This document shows, one piece after another, positions 15,680-29,249 of a stretch of 64,000 nt of DNA. A program made the position numbers and the translations under genes. The notes below the pieces were generated by a model. That model had not been told where the DNA came from and did not search any database. It was given only the letters and a program-made list of their open reading frames with translations. The first letter of the stretch is position 1; every line of letters begins with the position of its first letter. This DNA comes from Eledone cirrhosa (Eukaryota), in contig OZ024743.1 in the NCBI GenBank assembly GCA_964016885.1, forward strand, positions 272,056,001-272,120,000, in the 5' to 3' direction.

Positions 15680-16250
15680 AGGAAGCATTTCCCCTTAGCA
15701 CATAATTGCAATTCCAATAATCAACAATTTCAAGCCCTACCAAATCACTCTTTCTTAGTGTCTGTTTTAGCTCTGCTTTTGTTTTTTTGGATTCATCCAA
15801 TAGTTGACACCCTGATTTAATTGTCTTTTTCCATGCATTATGATCTAGAGTTTGCTTTCCCATTGATTTATATATAAACCTAGACATTTTATATTTTCCT
15901 TAATACAATCTTTATGCCTTTTCTTAGGTCTTTACTGTGGTTTTTTCTTGCATACATTCACCATAAAAGATTTCCTTTGGAAGCTTTGCATCATTCATGC
16001 AAACAAGTTGCACTACCCAGCACATCTGACACTTAATGATAAGGGAACTGATTGTAGAGCACCCTGATCTTTGTAAAACTTCAGTGCCAGGTGTCATGCT
16101 TCTTCACTTAATACCTAAGATTTGCTGAAGGCACATTTGGTGGCATCTTTCAAGTATCTTGAAATGCCACTGGTGAGTGGTCCATGCTTCACACCCATAC
16201 AACAAAACTATAAGCAGATATTTTAGTCCTTAATATTATGCCTCTGTCTG
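15680..16250 (-). mobile_element. Decayed RTE (BovB-like) C-terminal fragment
   Basis: Reverse strand gives LLYGCEAWT...ILERCHQ.CLQQILGI...LPKEIFYGE, with stops. Confidence 0.75.
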
Positions 16251-16254
16251 ACTA

Positions 16255-17600
16255 CACCCATTTCACTAATTTTTCACTGAGGTAGAGTGGGCATCTCTTA
16301 GTTCCATTAATGCATGGTGAAGATCCCCTGAGCACCTTCCACATTATTTCAGGTGACACTCCTTTTTCTTTTAACTGCCTTACTCTTTTTGTTAGTGCTG
16401 TGTTAGTTTTCATTTCAGGATGTCTGAATGAGGGGAGGTGCAAGTTGAACCTCTGTTTAAATCGGTCCTGCACCATACTCATATATCTTTCACTGGCTAC
16501 TAGCTGGTTGGTGTTTGTATATTCAATCTTTGATTTGTAGATGATGGACTTTACATTACAATTTTATTGTAATGAACAACCATCTTTTATCTTGCAAGAG
16601 CATCCTGGATTTACATCTGGTTTGGTCCTTGTGGTCATTTCAGTTCTCATAGGCGGTGGGCAAAAATAAGCTATCCTCACCAAGCGGCAATTGAAGATTT
16701 TACTGTATCTATGTTGTCGGGGGAAGTGCCAATCAATTAAGACTAACAATCTCTTGTCATTACACTTGTCATTACATTAAGTGAGTATGGGGACTGGGCA
16801 ATCAGATTATTTTCCTTTTCATATTTCTATTCTTAGGTTGTGATCTATTGGGCATGTACTTGATCTTTTCTCTGAATTCACTATCTCAGAGGGCCTTCTC
16901 AAATATTTCTCTATTAGATATGGCTAATATTAGGTACTAGATGACTAAAAATGGTAGGTGGGTGGCAGGATCTTCTGTTAATATATTTTACTCTTTCATT
17001 TGGCTTATGGTAGGGCTTATGTGTACCCGTAGATAGGTCTAAGTTAATGTCAAGAAAGTTTGCGCAAGTGAAGTTCGTGTCTACTGTGATCTTAAGTCCT
17101 AGGGTGTTAAAGGTGTTTATTAAATCCTTACGGAACCTGTATAGAGTGTGTCTATTATAATTGTGTGCCAAAGAAAGAACATCATGATATAGGTCAATGG
17201 TGTGGTTAGGGAATCTATGTTTAAGTGTATGATGTATGTATAATCCAATAAGATTACATACATCTTTGTTGTCGTATGATCCCATTGAGATGTTGAATGA
17301 ATCCTCTGGGTCAGATTTTTTACCCAAGGGGTATGTTGTTAGAAAGAAGGGTTCTTTGGGTGTGGTAGTTTAGGTCTGACTTTTGGTCACTGATGGTTCT
17401 ATCTTGTCTAATAGTGTTTAGTAATAGAGGGGAAAAAGTTGGTTATATCGAACTAGGTGAATTTAGCCCTGTTTTTAGATTGGATATCTTTGAACCAGGA
17501 TATAACAGATGTGTTGTTCTAGTCATCTCTTGTCCAACAGAAACCCACACCCCAAAATGCCTGCCTATTAGACCCACTAAATCTTCCATGACCCTATTTT
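16255..17600 (-). mobile_element. Penelope-like element (PLE) relic: RT plus GIY-YIG endonuclease
   Basis: RT fragment MGSYD..DVCNLIGLYI...GLKIT...NFLDINLDL..GTHKPYHKPN...SCHPP. GIY-YIG fragment FKQRFNLH..SF...TAL...W.VL......RCPL.LSEK. Confidence 0.85.
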
Positions 17601-17731
17601 CTGTCACCTATATATGTGCAAAAATGCGCATATAACAAATCTTGAAGCAGACACACACACACACAGTACATACACTACATCACAAAGAACCTCATCATTT
17701 TTAGTGTTTGGGTTTTAATTTTAATTTTTAG

Positions 17732-17762
<31 letters not shown>

Positions 17763-18639
17763 TAAGATTTACAAAATTACATTACACACAAGGTAACACA
17801 CAAACATTTCTATTCACACCTGACTTTACAACCTCATACATGGATAAGAGTAAATTATGTTCATCCAAGGGGAATTAGTGTTTACAATATACAAGCCTTA
17901 TCCATATTGTAACGGGTTCATTGAAAATTTTTTAAAAAGCTTACAACTTAGGTTACTGACATATTATGCATACATATCGATTCTAATCAAATTATATGCA
18001 TATCTCTGTACATATAGTGATGTAATGTTATAATGTACAGTTTTTGTGGGGAGTTACTTTCCTTTGATTTTGTCTGGAACTCTTCACAAACTATGACCAT
18101 TTTTCATATAGTAACAATTTTTTCTTTAAATTTGTCCTTGTGCCTTATGAGGGAAGCCAGCTTTAGAATGGCTTCTCCACTACATGATATCTATCTATCA
18201 ATCTATCTATCTATCTATATATATGCCAGCGTGGAACACGGACGTTAAACGATGATGATGATATGGTTGACGGCTGAGAGAAAGGAGTACTCAATACTAA
18301 AGTAGAGTTTTAATATTCATTTTATTAAGGCTAAATGGTGAGTCATGTTACTCTGGAGTTTTACCAGTTTATCAGTGTCTGATAATACTTTCCATACTAC
18401 CATGGGTAGGAAGTGGAAAGGGAGGTGGAAAATGGAATGTACACTGGCAAGTGAGGACTTGAATGTTGTACCACCGCTCTACTTCTTCAGAGTTAGGCTG
18501 GAGGAAGAGGAGTGAGTCAGGAGCATACTGGCAGATGGGAGCCATCCTCCATATGCTCATTTCATCCCACTTACATGGAGAGGCACATCTTCTGTAGTAT
18601 GTCATGTTGCCAGTCTTCTTGATCTTGGTTTATCTCCTT

Positions 18640-19100
18640 TTGTGAGGTTGATCATCACCACATCATACCAAGGTTTTCTAGGGCTTGCCCTTCCATAGGT
18701 TCCATCGATTTTGAGCATTCTGCATTACTTTACACAGCTGTCATCCCCCCCGCACACATCATATATCCATACCAATGCAATCTCCCCTCCTGCACACTGT
18801 ATCTGATCCCTCTTATGCCTAGTTTTTCTCTCAGCTTATATTTTGTCACTGACTATTATGCATCCATCAGAACATGCTTGCTTCATTTCTTTCCAATATT
18901 CATAAATCTTCTGCAATGAAAGCCCATCTCTTACTTCTATACAGCATTGTTGTTTGCACATGAACATCATACAATCTGCCTTCCACTTTTAGTAAACCTC
19001 ACTGTGGTAGTAGCTCCTTGAACTTTTTCCAACTTGTCCTCACTCTAGCTACTGTATTTACAGACTATCAAACTCTATTGCTAATTTGGTACACCAGGTA
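18640..19100 (-). mobile_element. Decayed RTE LINE C-terminal fragment
   Basis: Homologous to 57270-57720 (WKKFKELL, GRLYD, LERNEA). Confidence 0.8.
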
Positions 19101-19514
19101 TCAGAAAATCTCAAAGAGAAAGAAGAGAGGATGTTTGGGAGAGAGAGGAGTAAAAAAGATAACGGAGAAAAGGGTAGACAGAAAAGAAAGTATGTGCTGT
19201 TTTTCGTTCTGCATCTTGCAAAATAAAAATAGAAAATCAGAATTATTAAAAAAACACCTAGTCTATCTTGCCTGGTGGTAGTGGCAGTGCCATGATAAAA
19301 CAGGTCTGGTATATGTTGTGAAGTGGTAGCATTAGGAAGGGCTAAGATAATAGCTTCTTGCATGTGGTACTGTTCCTACATGAGCATCCAGCCATGTCAG
19401 ATGGCAAGGGTTAAAGCATTGTTTCGCTTTTAAAGTTTTAAGTTATGTCTGTTGAATAATTCACTCTCTGTCTATCTATCTATTCATCTATCTTCTATAT
19501 TTATATATATATAA

Positions 19515-19757
19515 AGTTGTTGTGATGACGGCACGACAAAAAGCACCCAGCTCACACTGTAAAGTGGATGTGTATGTCTCACGACAAAAAGCACCCAGTA
19601 CTCACTGTAAATGTGGTTGGCATTATGAAGGGCATCCAACCATAGAAACCAGGCTAAAATCAGTTCTGTACGTGCAAGGCATGGTCACTTGACAACAGAG
19701 CAACTCATTTAACCCATGCTAGCATGGAAAAATGGATGTTAAGTGGTGATGATGATG
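19515..19757 (+). mobile_element. RTE 3'UTR fragment
   Basis: AAAAAGCACCCAG units, terminal hairpin and (GAT)n tail. Confidence 0.8.
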
Positions 19758-20534
19758 GCTTGCGAGAAAATGCTTTATTGATTTCGATGATCAATGAGAA
19801 TAGCAGCATGAACCAAATGGTGTTTCAACATCTATTCTTCTTTGGTAGTCTTGAGCTGGGGGTTGTAGATGATCTATATAAATCAACTTACTTCTATAGC
19901 AATATTTTAAATGCTTCTGGCATTTGTTTTTGTTTTTTTAGAATTGAAATAGCTAAAGAGTTGTTTTTATTATTCACAGTTGTTACGTTCGGAGTTCAAC
20001 TTTGGCTTTCATACTTAAGGGGTCGATAAAATAAAGTACCAGTAATGCACTGAGGTCAGTTTTATCGACTTCCTCCTCCCCCAAATCGCTGGCCTTGTGC
20101 CTAAATCAGAAGGTGAATTGGCAGTATCGGTAGAGGGTCGGACGCCATGCTTTGACATATAGAGTTACGGCCCTTGCCATTCTGAGTTCAAATCCCGCCG
20201 AGGATTCAATTCTAAAAAAATAAAAACAAATGCCAGAAGCTCTGGATAAATGAACAATCATACAAACTGGGGAAATTTGCATTTTGATAAATGAATAGCT
20301 TGCATAAGAGAAATTTGATAGTTTATGTTAAATATCAACATGTGATTAACGATAAATATGACATTTTAATCATTTATTCCAAGGATGTAATTACATACCG
20401 GGATCTGTCGGCTAACTACATTTTCCAGCCTGTGGAAATGCATTGTGCGTATGTGTTTTGTGTGTACATTTTAAAGAGTTATTGGCGGAGTTATATATAA
20501 ATATACAAACACAGGTGGCGTATTACTATGGTTC

Positions 20535-20718
20535 ATTGGCAGTATCGGTAGAGGGTCTGACGCCATGCTTTGCAGCAAAGAGTTACGACCCTTTATGGTC
20601 TGAGTTCGAATCCCGCTGAGGTTAACTTTGCCTTTTATCCTTACGAGGTCCAAAAAATAAAGAACCAGTAATACACTGAATAATTGCTGGCCTTGTGCCA
20701 AAAGTAGAAACAATTATT
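20535..20718 (+). mobile_element. tRNA-SINE family B
   Basis: Full-length copy from GGCAGTATCGGTAGAG through GTTCGAATCCC to GGCCTTGTGCCAAAAGTAGAAACAATTATT. Confidence 0.8.
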
Positions 20719-22019
20719 ACGGTTGATTATAAAATACAATATAGAACAAAACTAGTTACAGGGGAGAGAACTGTGGCTATTTTTGTATTTTGGAATTGAA
20801 ATAGTGCATTTTTAACTCTTCATTTATGTGTTTGCTGTGTATTGTAAAACAACAAAAAATTTAGATTTCTGTAAACAGAGGAATTTAATTGTCACATATA
20901 ATTACTACCTCACAATTTTCACGAAATGTTTATTTACTCCACACCACTTTCATAACCGATGAAGCTGTTAATACCGTCATTGTTAGAAGTTGTTATCAAA
21001 TATACATTTCAGTCCAGCTAGCGGGGGGTTGTAGATGGCAATCTTCACCCCTGATCGTAGTAAGTAGGTAGAAGGGGTGATTCTGGGACCCAGGATGCCA
21101 GATTTTTTCACCACCATGTGTTTAACGATAAATTTATCGGAGAGTGACGGGTACTTTCTTGTTGCTTAGCCCTAAGTTAGATTTGAACGATCTTATTTTT
21201 AAATTGTTTATCATTTAAAAAAAAACTTTATTTAAGTTGCTAAATTTATTAATATGTTATATAATTACAGAGGTATCAGATGATGCCGACAAGAGTACTT
21301 CGCTATCACCCGCTGCTAAGGCACTGGAATAACTAAGCACCCTCGCCAGGAACATCACCTGATACTTAGGTAAGGCGAGACTCCTACAATAATAAGACTA
21401 GCTAGTAAGGCAAGTCGCCAACAATAATAAAACTAGCTATCATTTTATGGGTATCTAAATCTATATTATTCACCTTTTCCATTCCTTTCCTAAAATGGTA
21501 TGCTGTGATTTTAGGACCATTTGGCTGCTACTTTTAGGTCCTTCTGCATTAGGTAGTAAAATTTCCTATCTTCTGTGAATCGATCACAAATTTCCGATGA
21601 TCCTTGTGATATGCGGCCGATTGTCGCACTCGGTGGTGAATTAATGGTCGTTTTTGTTTTTGTGTTCCCTTTTTCCCCCTTTCTCTCGCTCTGGTCATAT
21701 GATAATGATAATTGTTTTTACTTTTTGGCACAAGGCCAGCAATTACCCAGTAATGTTTATTATTTTGGTGCGTTATTTTTGTGAGGTACTTAGCAATAGT
21801 TAATTATATTTGTTATAAGTGGTGTGAACAATTTGTAATGATATTTTTGTATATATTTAAAACAAATAAATTCCATCTTTTATTTTTAAAAATTGTATTG
21901 TTATTTATACAACTGAATAAAATATTTAATTTTTCATGCAATTTACAATTGCATCACTAACTGCTTTAGAAAAAGACATGTTTATCACATAATCCTTTTC
22001 ACTGAAGTCTGGTGTTGTT

Positions 22020-22174
22020 TTTTTGCGCATGTAATCGCAAATTGAAAAAAAGAAAACCAATAATAAATATATAAATAACGCATTGATTTCGTTTCGTCTG
22101 TGTAGTCTCCGTTTCGTGTTTTACTCATGACCTAATCTTGTTTTAAAAAATCAGTTGTTTTCCTTTTAACCACG
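22020..22174 (+). promoter_or_regulatory. Putative WDR55 proximal promoter/5'UTR
   Basis: Unique CpG-containing sequence with TGCGCATG (22024-22031) just upstream of the predicted exon 1. Confidence 0.35.
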
Positions 22175-22198
22175 ATGGCAAATGCATCAACGTCCCAG
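22175..22198 (+). CDS. WDR55: WDR55 coding exon 1 (MANASTSQ), putative
   Basis: acgATGg start and CAG|GTATGT donor in phase 0, matching the exon 2 acceptor. The exon is short, so it is less certain than the others. Confidence 0.6.
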
Positions 22199-22242
22199 GT
22201 ATGTTTATATATAAATATATATATACACACACACACATACAT

Positions 22243-22294
<52 letters not shown>

Positions 22295-22455
22295 ATTTTT
22301 TCGAGATTATTTAATATGTCCATCTATCATATTCGTTCGTTCCTACATACGTAACAACATTGTTCGACTTCACTTTTTAACTTAAATATATTCAATACAC
22401 ATTCGTATGATCTATACCAGCCTTTTACATCCGATTTTCTAAGGTATATATATAT

Positions 22456-22518
<63 letters not shown>

Positions 22519-23029
22519 TTGTGATATATGTTCTTTGGTGATATTATATATATGTACACACGCGTACACAAGAGGTCCACGTGTTGAGATTACTGAAAAT
22601 CTTTAGTGATACGGTTCCCGAAAACCCCGAATTGACATTTTATTTAGAAGAGTGACACTTGTATTTCTTATGTTACATTGTAATTTAGTTATTATAATAT
22701 GTCGGAAAATTGTCGAAATATTTTAGTAAGCACATGAGCCTTGTGTTCGTTGGTATGAATGGTTTGGTATGGTCCTGTAACTCACGCTTCTTGGACATTT
22801 TAAACCTGACGGAGCCCATCCATCTCCAAGTTTTAATACAGTAAATTTCTTCCAGAGAAGGAAAGGAAGAATCTGCTCCAGTACTAGACTGGTACTTTTT
22901 TATCGACTTCGAAAGGATGACAGGCAAAGTTGACCACGACGGGTTTTGAACTCAGAGAGCCGGAACGAATACCACGAAGCATTCTATCCGACATCTAACT
23001 ATTCTGCCAATTTACTGCCTTAAACATCC

Positions 23030-23350
23030 ATGTGTTAGTGTGGATAGGGCATGCCAATCATTAAGTCCCGGGTTCGATACCACTGTGGCATATTTAGCAA
23101 GTGCCGTTGACCATATCCTCAAGTTGACCCATACCTTGTGGGTGATATTGAAAAGACGGAAACTGGAAGACCGTCGTATGGACAGTATCTGTATTTCAAA
23201 GGGCCTGCTTCGTTACACCTTGTCATGCTGAATTTCCGAGAATTACGTTAAAGGTACACCTGTCCGTGGAGTATCTAGTCATTTACATGTTAATTTCATT
23301 AGCATGTTCAACCGATGGAGATCTATCGTCGTTCGTTAAGACGAGCAAAA
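23030..23350 (+). mobile_element. tRNA-derived SINE family C
   Basis: GGTTCGATACC B box and GACGGAAACTG motif. Related copies at 4345(-) and 38470. Confidence 0.65.
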
Positions 23351-23750
23351 GAGTATGTGTGTATATATAAATACATGTATAAATATAATTTAAGACAGAA
23401 CGCTTACAAAGTCTTAGTTTCACACTTTGTGTAATTATTCTGTCTTTTAATACTTGAACTATATATATACATATATATATACACACATTCTGAACTTGAA
23501 CTATTTATATACACACACATTAGTCTTGAACTATATTTTCAACGATTACATGGAACTCCTCATTCGACTCTGGAATTCTCGCTGACACCTTAGTACATTA
23601 AATGTCCACCCTTCGGCTCATTTACGGATTACCTAAAGATTACCAAAGGATTACATATGGATTACCTCAGGATTACTGGATTTTATGTGCATCTATATAT
23701 ATATATATGTGTGTGTGTTTATATATATCTAAACACACGTCTGAGTGTGC

Positions 23751-23823
<73 letters not shown>

Positions 23824-24759
23824 TATAATATATAGATGAGATGTTACTAATTAAGACGACCAGTATGACTATTATTTAACTTAGTACTTAATACTAAAAA
23901 TAGTTTAGATATTATGATAGGGATTCTCTACTCCTCTGCTGAGCTTCTGTTTCGATAGCAATTTGAATTGGTAGAATCTTAGCCATAGGGCAAAGAAACC
24001 TCATAATACATATGTATATAATAATAATAGTTTATGATTTAGGCACAAGGCCAGCAATTTGAAGGCGAGAGGGAAGTCGATTAAATCGATCCAGTGCATT
24101 ACTGGTGCTTTATTTATCGCCCTTGTAAGGATGAAAAAAGGTAAAGCTAACATCGCTTGGATTTGAACTAAGAACGCAAAGGGCCATAACTCTATGTTGC
24201 AAAGCATGGTGTCTGACGCTCTACCGATACTGTAATAATAATTGTTTCTACTTTTGGCACAAGGCCAGCAATTATCCTAGTGCATTACTGGTACTGTATT
24301 TTATCGACCCTGTAATAATGACAATAATAATTGTTTCTTTATTGGCCACAATACAATCTGCATTAATGATATATATATATATGCGATACATGAGTATGTA
24401 TATGTATGTATGCATATCCGTATGTGTGGTGTATAATGTCTATACAGTATATTATATATATATATATAGTGTTGATGATTACACGATAAGCACACCTTTT
24501 ACACTCTGTAAGAAGGGCATCCTGTCATAGAGTACCTGTAAGACAGAGCTTGGAGGACTTTTCAGCTCTGCCTAGGCCAACAACCTTCATGATGAAATGC
24601 CCTCGGTAGAATGCAATATCATATGTATGCAAGTTGCAGGCTGCTCGCTCATCTGTGCATTTGGTGGGGTGCAGGAACATTAGCAGGAAGCAGGCTCCTG
24701 GTTGATCATGGGATCAGTATCTCCACTTTGAGTACCAACTAGGTCTGCTGACAATGCTT

Positions 24760-25350
24760 CAACAATCATCATCCACGCACATCAGTCTTCTCTCTTGCAC
24801 TTAACTTCTGATTCCTCTTATATCCAGTTTTTTTCTCTGTTCATCCATGCTTTGTTCCTGCACATTAACCTTGCATATACATCAAAGCATGTTTGCTTCA
24901 TTCCTTTTCATCATTCACATATCTTGTGCATTGTCATACAGCTGGTCTTCCATTTGTATAGAGAAAACTTTTTTTCTCTATAGAGGTAGCAGTTCCCTAA
25001 ACTTTTTCCATCCTGTCGTTATTCTAGTTACTATGCTCCCAAAACACCCTACTTCACTGACTAATTGTATCACCTAGGTAGCAGATGCTCTCACCCATAT
25101 CTATGGAACCTTCCAGGGATTGGAAAACGTTTACATCTCTGACCCTCTTACTATCAATTTTCCCTGTACATCTATTAGTCTGCCTACAATCCCATTATAC
25201 CTCTTGTGTACCTAGGAATTGCATTGTGTACGTCATAGAGTTTCTCCCTACTCCTTTTCTATATAGCAAACGGCCACTTCCGTAATGAGTTCAGGGCTCT
25301 GCCTTCTTTCCTGCTTAATAACACTTTAGTTCTAAGTTGTTTCCACAGTT
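24760..25350 (-). mobile_element. Decayed RTE fragment
   Basis: Reverse strand gives KWPFAI.RKGVGRNS, YLGD and TGWKKFREL remnants. Confidence 0.75.
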
Positions 25351-25365
25351 TGAACTATATATATA

Positions 25366-26070
25366 TGATGCAGTTCGGATTTGTGTCAGGAAAAAAGTAC
25401 TATGGATGTCCTCTTCCTCGTAAGGCAACTGCAGAAGTATCTAGTTAAAAGCAATTCTCTCTACTTAACATTTGTTGACATCTGGTGGGCACCTAAGAAA
25501 CCAGGAGTAGAAGAGTGGCTGGTAAGGGCGGTACAAGCCATGTACAGAGGTGCTGTCAGCAAGGTTAAAATTAATAATGACTTTAGTGAGGTTTTTAGTG
25601 CGCAAATTAGGGTCCACCAAGGCTCCGTCCTTAGCCCTTTCCTGTTTATTATCGTCTTCCAGGCTATAACAAAAGAGTTTAAAACAGGATACCCATTGGA
25701 ACAACTATATGCTGATGATCTAACTCTCCTAGCTGAATCTATGACAGAACTAGAGAAATAATTCACAACCTGGAATCAAAAGGTCTGAAAGTCAATTTGG
25801 CAAAGACCAAAGTTCTAGTAAATAGTAAGGAAAACAAGACCCTGATCCCTTCTTGGAAATGGCCCTGCTCAATGTGTAGGAAAGGGGTGGGTAGAAATTC
25901 CATTCTTTGTAGTGGGACCTCAGGTAGGTTAGCTAAGAACGTAGGTTTTACATGTGGCTGTTGCACAGGAGCAGAAGTAACAAACACTCACAGGAAACAA
26001 GTGCTTTCAATTTCTTGGAAAGTTCCGTAGAAGCAGTTGATAGCTTCTGCTACCTTGGTGACCAAATTAC
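25366..26070 (+). mobile_element. Decayed RTE RT fragment
   Basis: MQFGF..KST.D.LFLVRQLQ, VHQGSVLSP.LF, YADD and KWPCSMCRKGVGRNS. Confidence 0.9.
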
Positions 26071-26912
26071 CGCTGCTAGCTACCCTTTAATCTTTTCTGT
26101 TCAAAAGAGAAAGAGTGAAATTATATCAACGAAAACAAGGGAAGCAACTTTAGTTTTATAATGCCAAATCATAGTTTATTCTCCCTATCTTTCCAATTGA
26201 ACTGTCATACAAAAGTGTCATCTATATAACCAATGCAAATAGCCTTAAAGACTGAAAAAAGTGGCCAGCAGCTGCTACAGAGAATCGAACTGTGTAACTC
26301 TCAAATTCTGGCTGAGTGCTTTGTTCTATTGAGCTAAACGACTAAATAGAAAATAAATATCAGTTTTAAATGTAAAATACTTTATTAGATTCATCCACCC
26401 TTAATGATGTGTAACTCAGAGAACAGGGAGAAATTTTAGGTAGAGTTATTACTTCTCTGAACTGCAATTTATCTTTCTTCTTAATCTTGTGTAAGGAACA
26501 GTGGATTGGCAGAATCATTACAGCATCAGACAAAATGCTTTGTCGTATTTAGATACAGCCCTTTAGGTTCTGAGTTCAAACCCTGCCAATGTCAACTTTA
26601 CCTTTCCTTTCCAGGGCCAATAAGAGTACCAGTCAAGTACTGGGGTCAATTTAATTTTCCCTCCCCACAAAATTGTTGGTCAATGTTTGAAACAATTACA
26701 TATCTGGTGTAATTATGATGGAAGAAATTTTAAATAGAGATATAAACACTTTAAAAGAAATAGCTTTGGATCAGAGAACCATTGTGTGTGGGGGAGGGAT
26801 GTCAGACTTTTGGTATCAAAAGTATTAACTGATCTCTTGGCTATGTATATATGTTTACATGCAGATGTTTGTTTGCCAGTCTGTCGTTCACATCTGAAAA
26901 GCTGTTCTGCTA

Positions 26913-27457
26913 TATGAGGGGGCTTCAGAAAGTTCATGGAAAAAGTACATAGTTAAAAATCATATGCAGGAATTTTGATCTTAATGCACCTGTAGGTTCT
27001 CGTACTAACATGTCTTAACATGTTCTAACATGAACCCTTAAATGCATGTTGCACCAGTCGGAAGTTAGTACCCACTCGAGGAACAAGATCTCCATCAAAA
27101 CATCAAACTCATGGTGCAGCTAGGGTAGAACAGAAGCCAAATCATTGATGCTCTGGTGCAAGTTTATGGAGACAATACCCCAAAAAAATCAATAACCTAC
27201 CAATGGATAAGTCATTTTAGAATGGAAGAGATGAGATTGAAGATGTAAAAAAGGCTGCTTTGATATGGTTTAAATCGCATGGCCCGCAGTTTTACACAGA
27301 TAGGCTTAAAGGCTGGTATTAACACTTGCAGAAGTGTATTAACTAGATGGAGCATATGTTGAAAACTAAACATCATAACTTAAACCGCTTTTTTCAAATG
27401 TCCTTTTTCCAGGAACTTTTGCATGTTTTTTTTCCAGGAACTTCAAGCACCCTCGTA
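26913..27457 (+). mobile_element. Internally deleted mariner transposon, Hsmar2/irritans-like
   Basis: TA-flanked TIRs (TATGAGGGGGCTTCAGAAAGTTCATGGAAAAA ... TTTTTCCAGGAACTTCAAGCACCCTCGTA). The transposase N-terminus NIKLMVQLG.NRSQIIDALVQVYGDNTPKKSITYQWI is fused to the C-terminus VKKAALIWFKSHGPQFYTDRLKGWY.HLQKC...DGAYVEN*. Confidence 0.88.
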
Positions 27458-28549
27458 TAGTTAAAAACACAATAGAGAGTTGTCATGGTTCCTTAGCATA
27501 ATGTTTTAAAGTGCCTAGCTGGGTATCTGAGATATGAGGTTCAATTCGTCATCGAAGCCAATAGCAACTTCTTTTTCCGTCTTTTAAGGGTCTTTACTCT
27601 ATTTTACAAGCTATTTTATAGCCTCTCTGTACACCAGTACATCATCCTTTACATTAAACAGATATGACATTGTTTAACTCTTTTCATATTAAACCACTTG
27701 AAATCATCCCTGGTTTTATGATATAGACTTTATTTTAAAGTGTTTATATTTTTCTAAAAACAGTTCTTCATAACCTTATGTAAGAACTTGTCAGTTCTGC
27801 TCCAAACACCACCTCAATAATGAAAACGTTAATTATATGGCTAAATCTCTCCAAATTTTTGATTATTTTAAAAATGATGCAAAAATCATAGACAGTGTCT
27901 ATCATTAGCAATATGGTAATGAAAGGGTTAATGAAAATAGGTGTATATATATATATGTTGTCTAATATTAATTAATGAAAACGTATGAGTGATTTATTAT
28001 TATTATTTCATTTTTAAGATGGCATTTGTAACATTAACTTAACAAATACTACTTATATAAAATTTTGTTGGAAGATTTCAGTTTAAATATGAACTCTTTA
28101 AAGTGGGTGGTTTTGTTTCATAGAACACGAAGGATTAAATGGTTTACAAAAATTACTGAAGTAATTATATCTTAGCAATTGACTTTGCCTTTCATCCTTA
28201 CGTGGTCGATAAAATAAAGTACCAGTAATGCACTGGGTAATTGTTGGCCTTGTGCCTAAAAGTAGAAACAATTATATCTTAGCAAGGTACATAACTCTGC
28301 TTAGCTCTTATTACTGTACAACCTAACCAATGTTTTTCTGATATTGGCATGAGGCCAGCAAATTGGGTGAAGGAAAGTCGATTGTATCAACCCTAGTACA
28401 TTACTGGTACTTTATTTTATCAACTGTGGAAGGATGAAATATACTGTTAACCTCGGCAAGATTTGAACTTAGACCATAGAAAGTCATAACTAAATTCCGC
28501 CAAGCATTTTTGACTGACTCTCTACTGATACTGGCAATACACTGCCCAT

Positions 28550-29010
28550 CACAACATAACCAATAATACTGCGATAAATATTGTGTTACAAATATCAACA
28601 TAACCAATGTTATTGTCATAAATATTGTGACATATATCAATATGAACAGCGTCATTGTCATAAATATTGTTACATGTCAACATAACCAATGTTATTACCA
28701 TAGTGTTACGTATGTCAACATAAGCAGTAACATTGCAATAAATATTGTGTTACATGCATCAACATAACCAATGTTGTTGACATATTGTGTTACATGTGTC
28801 AACATAACCAGTATTATTGCCATAAACATTAAGTTACATGTATCAACATAATCAGGATTATTGCCATTAATAATTGTTTCTACTTTTGGCACAAGACCAG
28901 CAATTACTGGTACTCTTATTATCGACCCCATAAAGATGAAAGGCTAAGTTAACCTTATTGTCATTAATAATGTTACATAAGCAATGTTATTGTCATAAAT
29001 ATTGTGTTAC
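28550..29010. repeat. ~45-bp minisatellite (CAACATAACCAATGTTATTGTCATAAATATTGTGTTACAT...)
   Basis: About 8 diverged units, interrupted by a SINE B fragment at ~28870-28955. Confidence 0.85.
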
Positions 29011-29249
29011 ATTTCACTGTATGTATCTGATCTAGAATACAAAGGTCGGCTGAAAAGTTCATAGGCTGACCAAGAAGTTTTTTTTTTTTTCAGCATAGTC
29101 CCTGCTAAGAAACTGCCTACATTACAAAGTGTTATTAATACATAACCTGTTGTTTTATGATTGGTATAAGTAATATTTAGTCTCTTCACCAAACTTTAAC
29201 AAAACTGTGTTTGTGGGTTTTATATATATACATGTCAACTTCTCTAATT

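Noticed and set aside
21005-21330. Weak inverted ends (CAGTCCAGCTAGCGGG / CCCGCTGCTAAGGCACTG) suggesting a hAT-type MITE
   Set aside because: Several indels are needed to align the ends and there is no TSD.
23625-23682. Five to six GGATTAC 11-bp tandem units
   Set aside because: Short ordinary tandem repeat, not a telomeric or CRISPR array.
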